From positions 1-40,346 of IMG/VR virus record IMGVR_UViG_3300020045_004664: a stretch of 40,346 bases of DNA; one strand, 5' to 3'. The DNA is from a virus (Duplodnaviria; Caudoviricetes). How positions within the stretch are numbered: the stretch's first letter is position 1; each line of letters opens with the position of its first letter. The notes under the pieces are model-generated. The model had not been told where the DNA came from. It worked only from the letters and a program-made list of their open reading frames with translations, and searched no databases. Made by a program: the position numbers and the translations under genes. Shown here in pieces: positions 17,737-25,583 of the stretch.

Positions 17737-18002
17737 TTGTATACGATATGAGGCACATCATTTATAATTTCTACTGTTCTTCGTATTTCTTTAGGAGGAT
17801 TAAAGGCATATCTAGCGAGTCTTGGTGCAAATTTTCCTTTGTAATAATCTACTCTTATTTTACCACTTTCCTCTAACTCTCTCAACACTCTTCCGCATGT
17901 CTCAGGACTGTAGCCCGCCTCGTCTGATACTAAATATAACTGTACTTTTTTTATCCATTCTCCTGCGTGTTTTTTAAGATAATCTAAAAGTATCTTTTCC
18001 AT
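17733..18002 (-). CDS. winged helix-turn-helix-like protein
   Basis: ILLDYLK...YSPETCGRVLRELEESGKI pattern. Confidence 0.55.
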   Translation of the reverse strand: MEKILLDYLKKHAGEWIKKVQLYLVSDEAGYSPETCGRVLRELEESGKIRVDYYKGKFAPRLARYAFNPPKEIRRTVEIINDVPHIVYK

Positions 18003-18003
18003 G

Positions 18004-18186
18004 TTATTTTAAAGGTTTAGCCCAAGGTATATTTTCTGGTGTTTCACAATTACAAGGTCTAAAAAATATTTTAATTCCTTGACATTCAATACAATTTTTA
18101 CAATTACCATTATTTCCTGGCATTGCACTATGATGACATCTACAAGCACAAACTTCTTTATCTTCACATTTTGTTTTATTTTTCAT
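18004..18186 (-). CDS. small Cys-rich protein
   Basis: 60 aa with many Cys/His residues. Confidence 0.5.
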   Translation of the reverse strand: MKNKTKCEDKEVCACRCHHSAMPGNNGNCKNCIECQGIKIFFRPCNCETPENIPWAKPLK

Positions 18187-18187
18187 G

Positions 18188-18496
18188 TTAATATATTAGT
18201 CTAAATGTTCTTGACTTCAAACTATTTAATAATTCTTTCGTGGCGAGCAAATATCTTTTAAGGGTTATTTCTCGTAAACCCAATTCTCTACTTTGCCATG
18301 CTCTTTTTATTGATATATCGGTAACTGATTTATCATTTTCGTATACACTAAAAAATTTAGCTTTCTCTTTTTCAACTTCTGCAAGTTCTAATTGCATTTC
18401 TGCATAAAGTGAGGACATTTGGTCAGCGTATGCCTCTAATTCCTCTTTAGAGAGGTCTTTTTCTTTAACTGCTACAATTAGTTCTGTGAGTGTCAT
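18188..18496 (-). CDS. helical hypothetical protein
   Basis: 102-aa ORF with coiled-coil character. Confidence 0.65.
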   Translation of the reverse strand: MTLTELIVAVKEKDLSKEELEAYADQMSSLYAEMQLELAEVEKEKAKFFSVYENDKSVTDISIKRAWQSRELGLREITLKRYLLATKELLNSLKSRTFRLIY

Positions 18497-18499
18497 TTT

Positions 18500-18979
18500 T
18501 TATGAATTAAAAGCTTGAAAATCTTTATCCTCTGCATCCCAATTCTCCCAACACCACGCTCGCCACTTTTTGATAGATTGTTCTAGAGTGTCCAACACAG
18601 TTTCATCCCGATATTCCGCAATTGCCAAATCTACTGCCATTCGCATAGTACTAGCTATTTTTATACTGTTTTCCTTGTTTTCTTGGCTTTTTGTAATTCC
18701 AGTTTGTTTGTAATCTATAACCTCCTTTGCTTGTGCCGTTTTAAAGCCCTGTGAGGCTCGTGGTGCAGAGTTTGTGCCAAAATCAATGTTCCAGTACTGT
18801 CCCTCCATAGTCATTTTACCGCTCAATATAGAGCCTTCTGTAAGGTTAGCGAAGTCAGGTGCATTTGACCAAATATTTACTTTACGAATCTCACCATTTA
18901 CTTCAACCTCACACATCTTGTAAGGCTTGGCATTCTTAGTGGTCTTACTCGTTATCTTTACTATTTTTATGTTTTCCAT
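18500..18979 (-). CDS. putative OB-fold ssDNA-binding-like protein
   Basis: Beta-rich N-terminal ~65 aa (KPYKM.EV, GQYWNI), flexible linker, helical C-domain and acidic-aromatic tail. The function is inferred. Confidence 0.4.
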   Translation of the reverse strand: MENIKIVKITSKTTKNAKPYKMCEVEVNGEIRKVNIWSNAPDFANLTEGSILSGKMTMEGQYWNIDFGTNSAPRASQGFKTAQAKEVIDYKQTGITKSQENKENSIKIASTMRMAVDLAIAEYRDETVLDTLEQSIKKWRAWCWENWDAEDKDFQAFNS

Positions 18980-19090
18980 TTTATTTAATAATTATTAGTA
19001 ATAAGGCTGAAATAAACATGACTAAAGCGAATAGTTGGCGATGTTGGTATTCTATATTCTTAACTTTCATATCATTAAATTGTTTTGTTT

Positions 19091-19282
19091 TCATAAATTT
19101 ATTTCATCTATTTTAATATCTCCTAAAATATACTTCATAACATTATCCGACCAACTAGGTGATTTATTTTGTCCTGACACACGGTATCCACATTCCTTGA
19201 ACATTTCTTCTTCTTCTTCAGTTAAGATTATTCTGCCAAACTTCATACCACTTTTACTTTGTTCTGTTAAAAAATATGACAT
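19091..19282 (-). CDS. hypothetical protein
   Basis: 63-aa ORF in the gene run. Confidence 0.55.
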   Translation of the reverse strand: MSYFLTEQSKSGMKFGRIILTEEEEEMFKECGYRVSGQNKSPSWSDNVMKYILGDIKIDEINL

Positions 19283-19286
19283 AAAT

Positions 19287-19538
19287 TTAATCTTCTTGAC
19301 AACTACATCTAATAATTACATCATAACTTTCATTCGGTTCTGCCCATTCTGTCTTTTCTGTCTTTTCTATAAATCCAGTATCGTGACAAAATTCACACTC
19401 TTTAATTACTGTAACTTTTGCTTTCAAAAGACGATTCTCACGAAAGCACTCACTACAATCTGAATGAAAACTTTGATGAAAATTCTCATGTTCTTTTTCG
19501 GTATCTTCTATTTTTTTTTCTTTGAATTGGTCTGACAT
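19287..19538 (-). CDS. zinc-binding hypothetical protein
   Basis: H..FH..CSEC and CEFCHDTG...CSC motifs. Confidence 0.6.
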   Translation of the reverse strand: MSDQFKEKKIEDTEKEHENFHQSFHSDCSECFRENRLLKAKVTVIKECEFCHDTGFIEKTEKTEWAEPNESYDVIIRCSCQED

Positions 19539-19725
19539 ATTTGCTCTTCTCTATGACCCCTGTTTTAAATTTTCCTTATTGTAAACAGGGGATAGAGTAT
19601 TTAGTTGATAAACATTTTCGATAATCTTTTGACTCATAGAGTCTAGGTTATCTGGGGACTTGCTTGTGGGTGGTTTGTAGTAAAGATTTCTCTAACCACT
19701 TACTCCCTTGCTTATCCTTATTATC

Positions 19726-19754
19726 AGTATATTCCTATATCATACGCTTGTCAA
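19726..19754 (-). promoter_or_regulatory. near-consensus sigma70 promoter
   Basis: TTGACA (19749-19754), 17 nt, TATACT (19726-19731). A tandem TTGACA-17-CATATT lies at 19777-19805. Confidence 0.75.
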
Positions 19755-19787
19755 TATAATATGTTAATAACTTTTCAATATGATACA

Positions 19788-19922
19788 TTATCGAGCGTCT
19801 GTCAATGTTGCACCCTTTCTAACCTTAGACATCATTTGACTTATCTCTTTCTTAGATTTTCCTTTCTTACGAATAGCCCAACTCTTTTTAGCCATTTCTG
19901 ATGGTGTGAGTATTTTTTTCAT
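19788..19922 (-). CDS. small basic protein (44 aa, MKKILTPSEMAKKSW...)
   Basis: Hand-translated; Lys/Arg-rich helical peptide ending over the tandem promoters. Confidence 0.5.
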   Translation of the reverse strand: MKKILTPSEMAKKSWAIRKKGKSKKEISQMMSKVRKGATLTDAR

Positions 19923-20270
19923 ATTTTTTTTTCTTAATTGGTATTGTTCCTTTTTTAGTCTTTTTGCCTAGAAGTCTGTGGTGATTTTCTTTTACTAGTT
20001 GTATACACGAACTTTTACTTCCATGACACAATAACCGACCTTTTAGTTTTATTTCTCTTTTAATATTTTTCATTAGTTTTTCAAATTCAAAAATGGGACT
20101 GCACCATTAGGTGTAATGGATGTAGGTAAAACTCCATTCCATTTCTGCAATTTGCTTTATAATTTACATAATCAAACATTCCCATACCCTAACAATATCA
20201 CAATACTTAAAGTTCCGCAAGTGCATAACTTTATCCCCCTATTGCATTTCTTTTTGTATCTGGGGAGAAG

Positions 20271-20474
20271 TTATTTAATTGTTAACCATTCATTATATTT
20301 TTTTCCTGTAAAGTCATATTTATAGTCGCAAAATTCACAAGTATAAGTAATTACAATTTTGTTAGCATATTCGGGAACATTTGGATACCACCAAGTTTTA
20401 CGATAAGTATGTCGCCCAAATAGATGTATTATTTTCCCCCACAAAATAATTAAATTATATGTAAGCCAATTCAT
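20271..20474 (-). CDS. hypothetical protein with H...CxxC
   Basis: 67 aa, preceded by TGnTATAAT (20482-20490). Confidence 0.55.
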   Translation of the reverse strand: MNWLTYNLIILWGKIIHLFGRHTYRKTWWYPNVPEYANKIVITYTCEFCDYKYDFTGKKYNEWLTIK

Positions 20475-20665
20475 TTCTTATATTATATCATACAACTTAC
20501 CCTTTGTATCTGGGGGATTTGCCTTTTTTATTTTAGACAACTTCTCCCCTTTTACCTCTGAAGTAACTCTTTTTAAAAATATTAAGTTTATTCTTTTCTC
20601 TAATTCGTTTATTACCGCTAATAAGCCGACCTGTAGAGTATGATTACTCCGATACATATCAGATG

Positions 20666-21040
20666 GCTAGGCAAGAGGGGCGAACTTGTTTTCCTAGCTT
20701 TCGCATATATACCTGAATAATCATTTCTTAAAGTGTATTAGGGGAAGTTCCTGCGTGTGGAGCATTTGCTAAGAATTACATGAGCCATAGATATCATACC
20801 TCTCATGACTTACCCTAACCTCCCCCTAATACACTTTAATGATTTCAAAGATTAGTTTATACAGCGTAACCTTAAAGCTGTTCCAAAAGAATTAAAAATG
20901 GACAGCAAAAAATCGCCCCCTAATTAAATAGGTTGGCGACTTCTTGTTTTCTATGTTGAATAGAACAACCATACACTAACATATCTCCAACAATTTGGCA
21001 AGATACTGAATATAGAGTTGTTCTATTTCTATTCAACATA
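20666..21040. other. structured non-coding block with four inverted repeats
   Basis: Perfect 17-bp IR 20728-20744/20823-20839. Perfect 14-bp IR 20952-20965/21027-21040. Hairpins at 20666-20698 and 20913-20939. Confidence 0.7.
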
Positions 21041-21092
21041 CTTTCATTATACCACTTCTAAAAATAAAGCAATACCATTTTGTGGTCTAATA

Positions 21093-21101
21093 TGTGGATA
21101 A
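21093..21101. promoter_or_regulatory. perfect DnaA box (TGTGGATAA = TTATCCACA)
   Basis: Exact match to the consensus. Intergenic and overlapping the IS target duplication. Confidence 0.5.
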
Positions 21102-21170
21102 CTTAATACCTCTCCCCTCACGACCTAATTGACCTATGTTAGAATAGTGTTATGACTAAACAACAATTTT

Positions 21171-22049
21171 TTAAGCAGTTGAAGGCGTTATTAAAATGGC
21201 GAGCAACTTCCAAAAGCGTTCCTTGTCGCTGTAGCGATTGTCACGCAAAAAGACAAAGCCATCCAGATACTCCTGCAAGTATTTCTTAGAAACCACTTTG
21301 TGAGTGCCTGTGATACTTCGCTTGATATGTGACCAAAATCCTTCAATGCTGTTAGCGTGGACATCACCACGAACATACTCACCTCGTCCGTGGTCTACTG
21401 CGTGGCGATTGAAACCTACTGCAACTTTATCGAGGCGGTTTGTTTTATCCGTCATAAGGCGTGTTCCTTGCGGGTCTATCATTTCATTGAGAAAGTCGCC
21501 GTGGGTCTTTGCTTTTGCGTCTGGCACTATAAGTAAACGAGCATTACCGCCTCGCTGAACCGCACCCATTACCACGCTCTTTGCTTTCATAGCGTCTGAA
21601 AGGTTTTCGTTGTTCTTTCCTGCATTCTTCCTACCACCAAAATATGCGGTATCCATTTCAACATCACCCGACAATTTTCCGTCTTGTTCTAGTGCCTTTC
21701 GGATACGGTGCAAGATACGCCAAGCGGTCTTGTAAGTGACTTCCAGCTGTCGCTCAAGTTCCTTTGCAGATATGCCACTCTTTGCGTTTGAGAATATGAG
21801 AATGGCTTTGAACCATAGCGTGAGAGGCGTGTCACTCTTGTGAAATAGCGTGTTAGAGGCAGGTGCTATTTGAAAACGGCACTTACTGCATTGATACTGC
21901 CTACGCCCTGCCTTGAGCGAATATGAGCCACCACAAGAGCATTTACGGCTATGCTGTGCGTCAAAAATAAACTCCAAACAGTCCTCATCGGTTGTGAAGT
22001 CCTTTTCTAACGATTTTATGCCGTAGCGGTTTTCTCTTTTTTTAGTCAT
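21171..22049 (-). CDS. IS1595-family (ISXO2-like) DDE transposase
   Basis: Zn ribbon (CSC...CSKC), GISAKELERQLEVTYKTAWR HTH, VEMDTAYFGG, LMTD, HANSIEGFWS and KYLQEYLD. The likely start is ATG 22049, 1 nt after the methylase stop. Confidence 0.92.
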   Translation of the reverse strand: MTKKRENRYGIKSLEKDFTTDEDCLEFIFDAQHSRKCSCGGSYSLKAGRRQYQCSKCRFQIAPASNTLFHKSDTPLTLWFKAILIFSNAKSGISAKELERQLEVTYKTAWRILHRIRKALEQDGKLSGDVEMDTAYFGGRKNAGKNNENLSDAMKAKSVVMGAVQRGGNARLLIVPDAKAKTHGDFLNEMIDPQGTRLMTDKTNRLDKVAVGFNRHAVDHGRGEYVRGDVHANSIEGFWSHIKRSITGTHKVVSKKYLQEYLDGFVFLRDNRYSDKERFWKLLAILITPSTA

Positions 22050-22050
22050 A

Positions 22051-22773
22051 TTATTTTGTGAAGAGTTTTTCAACTCCTTGCTTACTACCTGTTTCTTTTG
22101 TAAGAGAATTATTGACCGTCTTTTGCCAAATACAGTTCCAACCTTCAGGTGCGTTATATTCTGAAACAAACACCTTATGCCCTTTTGCTACCTGTTCGTC
22201 ACACCATTTCCAAAAAGCAGAGTGGTCAAAATAGTCCTTGTATTTTGTTGTTCCTGCGTATGGGGGGTCACAATAGATAATACTGTTATCGGGAATATAC
22301 ATATCTTTGTAATCGCCGTGAGTAAATACTACTCCGCTAATATCTTGTTTCAATAGGTTTTTCTTGCTTTCCAAGCAGTAATTTCTTGGCTGACCATTAT
22401 TTGCATTTCCTCGTGCATATCCACCGAACCATTTGCCAGAATAAGAGCAACCAATACCAACGAAACCAATCAAAGCACTTTCAATCCCAGTGCAATAAAT
22501 ATCGCTCTTGCTCATTAACTGCTTATACTCTTGCTCTGAAACACTATCAGGTGGAACCCAGCCGTTTTGAACCGCCTTAAACATTTCAATCAAATGAACA
22601 TTTATATCATTTCCATATTTACCGACCTTTGCTTTGATGTGGTCTATCATATTAGCCCCCCCAACAAACGGCTCAACCCAGTTTTGACGAGTTGTAAGAG
22701 CCATAGGAAATGACTCCATAATTGCCTCTAATATCTCATCGGCGTGTTTCGCCTTACTTCCCATATATTTCAT
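22051..22773 (-). CDS. DNA adenine methyltransferase (Dam/D12 class)
   Basis: MKYMGSK, WVEPFVGGA, NDIN, IYCDPPY and VSEY motifs. Confidence 0.93.
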   Translation of the reverse strand: MKYMGSKAKHADEILEAIMESFPMALTTRQNWVEPFVGGANMIDHIKAKVGKYGNDINVHLIEMFKAVQNGWVPPDSVSEQEYKQLMSKSDIYCTGIESALIGFVGIGCSYSGKWFGGYARGNANNGQPRNYCLESKKNLLKQDISGVVFTHGDYKDMYIPDNSIIYCDPPYAGTTKYKDYFDHSAFWKWCDEQVAKGHKVFVSEYNAPEGWNCIWQKTVNNSLTKETGSKQGVEKLFTK

Positions 22774-22804
22774 ATACTTTTTATAATTAACTACTAATAC
22801 AAGA

Positions 22805-22833
22805 AGTATATACCTATGTGATTAGGTTGTCAA
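22805..22833 (-). promoter_or_regulatory. IS promoter with its -35 inside the terminal inverted repeat
   Basis: TTGACA (22828-22833), 17 nt, TATACT (22805-22810), upstream of the methylase-transposase pair. Confidence 0.75.
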
Positions 22834-22856
22834 GGGATACCTATTGATAACTTGTT

Positions 22857-22890
22857 AAAAAGAAAGAGGGCAACCCGAAAGTCGTCCTCT
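22857..22890 (-). terminator. intrinsic terminator
   Basis: AGAGGACGAC-TTTCGG-GTTGCCCTCT followed by TTCTTTT on the minus strand, just after the 22902 stop. Confidence 0.65.
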
Positions 22891-22901
22891 GCCTGAAATT
22901 A

Positions 22902-23102
22902 TCAGGGCTTAGATTTCCACTCACTCTCCTTGCGTGGTGGTATTGTTGGTAAGGTTTTGATTACTTCACTTACGAAGTAACGATGACTGCATAGCCGACT
23001 ACAAAAGTAGCGACCATCACGAATTACTGCACCTCCTCCATACAATTTTTCAGTAGGAAAAGGTTTCTCACAATGGAAACATTGTGTTAATTCCATATTC
23101 AC
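22902..23102 (-). CDS. small zinc-finger (CxxC...FCSxxC) protein
   Basis: CFHC and YFCSRLC motifs. Strong SD-like AAAGGGGGTGA; the start may be ATG 23096. Confidence 0.6.
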   Translation of the reverse strand: MNMELTQCFHCEKPFPTEKLYGGGAVIRDGRYFCSRLCSHRYFVSEVIKTLPTIPPRKESEWKSKP

Positions 23103-23111
23103 CCCCTTTCT

Positions 23112-23315
23112 TTAGAATTTTCGATGACAGTAACAGTAACGCTTTTCTCCTGCTATCGTAATTGTGTGAATGGCTATGAGGTTATCAAGCCGTATACAAC
23201 CGATAGTAGAGAGAGCGTATTCACTATGTCGTGGAAATTTCTTAGGAAAGACGATGCGTGGAACTGTAACTTTCGGGACAGACATGATTTGTCTTTTGTA
23301 GTTGAACTGCCACAT
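23112..23315 (-). CDS. hypothetical protein
   Basis: AAAGGAG Shine-Dalgarno sequence 5 nt before the ATG. Confidence 0.55.
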   Translation of the reverse strand: MWQFNYKRQIMSVPKVTVPRIVFPKKFPRHSEYALSTIGCIRLDNLIAIHTITIAGEKRYCYCHRKF

Positions 23316-23328
23316 ATTATCTCCTTTG

Positions 23329-23806
23329 GTTAAATGTGCTTGTGGGGAAAGGTTGGTTAATTTTTAAAAAGTTTTTATTGAACTAAAACTACAATTTGTA
23401 TCAAGTGGTGAATATGTACTTAGTGTTGTTTCATTTGCAGGATATAGCATGCCACCATGTGTTAAAGCACCTTGACTTCCTCCACACCAATTTTCATAAG
23501 GTCTATACCAATTATATTGTCTATAAGCTGGTTGGATATATTCAATTTGTTTAACAATAGTAGTTGATTTATTGTCTGATAATTTCTCTACTAATTCTCT
23601 TAGGAATTTTATTTCTTCTTCAAGACTTTTTACATCTCGTTCTGTTTTTTCTTCTTCTGATAAAAGAATTTCTTTTGCTTCTGCTGGAGTAATAATTTTA
23701 TTAGACACCAATTCAGTAAGTTCTGAAGGTGTTGGCAACTTACTCAATCGCCATTTTAATGATTTCGTCATGTTATTTTTACCCTTCCCCCATAAACACA
23801 TTTAAC
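23329..23806. repeat. 24-bp imperfect inverted repeat (23329-23352 / 23783-23806) enclosing one gene
   Basis: 21/24 complementary. Two of the three mismatches are G-U pairs on the minus-strand RNA. Confidence 0.8.
23364..23771 (-). CDS. hypothetical protein (135 aa, MTKSLKWRLSKLPTP...)
   Basis: The likely start is ATG 23771. Contains a short coiled coil. Confidence 0.7.
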   Translation of the reverse strand: MTKSLKWRLSKLPTPSELTELVSNKIITPAEAKEILLSEEEKTERDVKSLEEEIKFLRELVEKLSDNKSTTIVKQIEYIQPAYRQYNWYRPYENWCGGSQGALTHGGMLYPANETTLSTYSPLDTNCSFSSIKTF

Positions 23807-23880
23807 TATTTGGTTTTCAATGAACAACCTTCATAAGAGGAACGTTGTGCCGACATCAGTAAAACGTTCCCCCAAGAAAA

Positions 23881-24168
23881 TTACTTATTATACCAAGACA
23901 AGAATAATTCCAATACTCCTTTAACTCCTGCACGAATAGCACCACCTAGTACGCCCAATACTGCTCCACTTTCAATAGTTTGAGCATTTATATTGTCTAT
24001 ATTTGCTACTACTACCATTGCAAAAGCTACAAAAAATGTGATTAAGAAACTTTTTAAATGTTCGTTCATTGTATTTTTATCTTCTACTTCTAAATCTTCG
24101 ACCTTTAAATCTTGAAAATCTATCTCCTCATATACTCTATTCGGTTGGAATTCTGATTGCCAAGTCAT
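23881..24168 (-). CDS. putative holin
   Basis: Two hydrophobic segments, located in the lysis cassette. An alternative start is ATG 24069. Confidence 0.55.
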   Translation of the reverse strand: MTWQSEFQPNRVYEEIDFQDLKVEDLEVEDKNTMNEHLKSFLITFFVAFAMVVVANIDNINAQTIESGAVLGVLGGAIRAGVKGVLELFLSWYNK

Positions 24169-24169
24169 A

Positions 24170-24247
24170 TTATTTATCCTTTATCATCAATATTACACCA
24201 ATGGCAACCAACAATAATATTATAACGCTCAGTTCAAATTCTATCAT
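24170..24247 (-). CDS. 25-aa transmembrane peptide (MIEFELSVIILLLVAIGVILMIKDK)
   Basis: ATGA overlap with the stop of the full-length lysin frame; ends 1 nt before the next ATG. Confidence 0.5.
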   Translation of the reverse strand: MIEFELSVIILLLVAIGVILMIKDK

Positions 24248-25149
24248 TTTATCCAATAGCAAGGACTAGGTTTAGAACTATCAATATCGACATGCAAGTG
24301 TCCGTCTCCATAGAAGCCAAAACGCTTAAATCCCGCTTGTATTAACCCTAATAGTATTTTACCACCTACAACGCTATCCGCAACCGCTAAATCCACTGCA
24401 AGTCCATTTAAGTGGCTAGAGTCAGGTACTCCACCTACTAATTCGTTTTGTGAGGGGCTACGAAGCCCGCTAGTGATTTAAAATGGCACACCTGCCAAAT
24501 CCCTTGCTTTATCTAAAAGTGCCACTAATTCGGGCTTTAAACCGATAATTTCACTTGGCTTAAAATATTTATATGTTGGGACAGGTTGTGGTGCAGACAT
24601 ATTACGAAAGTTGCATATCTTATCCCAGTGAGGTGCTAATGTCATTATTGCCACTTCTCTATTTGTATCTATAAATTTATCTACTGATAGATCGGAATCA
24701 TGTAAATAAGTGTCCATATTATCGTAAATATTTTCTCCACATTTTTTTGCTTTAAAGAAAAAGGCATGAAAAAGTTCGTGGTTAATAACTTTACCACCAT
24801 CATCGCCTCTGAATGTTTGTATAAATTCTGTATCAGGATAGATAGGGTCTTGTCCTGTTATATTTGTAGAACTAACTCGTATTCCGTTTAGGTCATTACC
24901 ATAAACAAAAGCAATACAGTTATATTTTCCCTCTGGTACTATTTTTCTAACTTTATCTAAAATATCTTTTCCACAGATTACTCCCTTAAAAGTTGCATTT
25001 GAAACTTCTTGTGTAGTAACATCAAAATTAGTTTCAATAGTTTCTATTTGTATTTTTATAGGAGTGTACAGTGCAAACCAATCTAAATATTTTTGTACAT
25101 TTAGTTTTCCACTATATCTATTCTTAATGATAAGAAGTTTGTAAGTCAT
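24244..25149 (-). pseudogene. endolysin: HExxH domain plus peptidase M15A domain, interrupted by an in-frame TAA at 24478-24480
   Basis: After AGVPF* the same frame continues ITSGLRSP..N..VGG..DSSHLNGLAVD...HLHVD to TGA at 24244. Confidence 0.85.
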
Positions 25150-25361
25150 TTTATTTTAGCTTTTATATAAGATATGTCGTTTTGCATTACTGCAATGTTT
25201 GTTTTTATTTCGTTGATACTTTCTACAATAGTTTGTAGTTTATTTATATCGCCCTCTGCTTCTATTAGACGACTATTGAAAGTTGTCCAAGTTGTTATAA
25301 GACTTACTATGAAGAGTAATATTATCCAGTTATCTTTTATTTGTTTGAGAGTGTGTTCCAT
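25146..25361 (-). CDS. small membrane/coiled-coil protein (holin-like)
   Basis: One hydrophobic helix then a coiled coil; directly upstream of the lysin. Confidence 0.5.
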   Translation of the reverse strand: MEHTLKQIKDNWIILLFIVSLITTWTTFNSRLIEAEGDINKLQTIVESINEIKTNIAVMQNDISYIKAKIK

Positions 25362-25570
25362 TATACTTGGTTATCTAATAATTTTTGGTTCAAGACCTCT
25401 ATTTCTGCTTGTCTTGCATCTATTTCGTCTTTCAATATTTGTTTCCTTTCTTTTAGGAAATTATCATTCTTATTCGACCATTTTTCTGCTAACTTCCCCA
25501 AGACATTTAACACACCAATTGGTAAATTTTCTATTCCTACTGCTTCTATATATTTTTTGATTAAGTCCAT
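25361..25570 (-). CDS. small coiled-coil protein after the tail fibre
   Basis: The likely start is ATG 25570 (MDLIKKY). Confidence 0.55.
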   Translation of the reverse strand: MDLIKKYIEAVGIENLPIGVLNVLGKLAEKWSNKNDNFLKERKQILKDEIDARQAEIEVLNQKLLDNQV

Positions 25571-25583
25571 ATATTTATTGTTA

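Larger units (their letters stand above)
21105..22845 (-). mobile_element. IS1595-family insertion sequence carrying a passenger DNA methyltransferase (transporter IS)
   Basis: 25-bp imperfect TIRs (21105-21129 and 22821-22845, 19/25 identical), each flanked directly by the 8-bp duplication GATAACTT (21097-21104, 22846-22853). Visibly more GC-rich than the flanks. Confidence 0.9.

Noticed and set aside
20500-21100. tRNA or tmRNA genes in the non-coding block
   Set aside because: I could not identify a cloverleaf, a T-loop GTTCRA in the proper context, or a CCA end.
22050-22169. N-terminal extension of the transposase overlapping the methylase, or a frameshift fusion
   Set aside because: The ATG at 22049, directly after the methylase stop, gives a normal N-terminus. 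I saw no convincing slippery site plus structure.
22051-22773. Methylase as part of a restriction-modification pair
   Set aside because: There is no adjacent endonuclease, and the gene lies inside the IS boundaries as an orphan.
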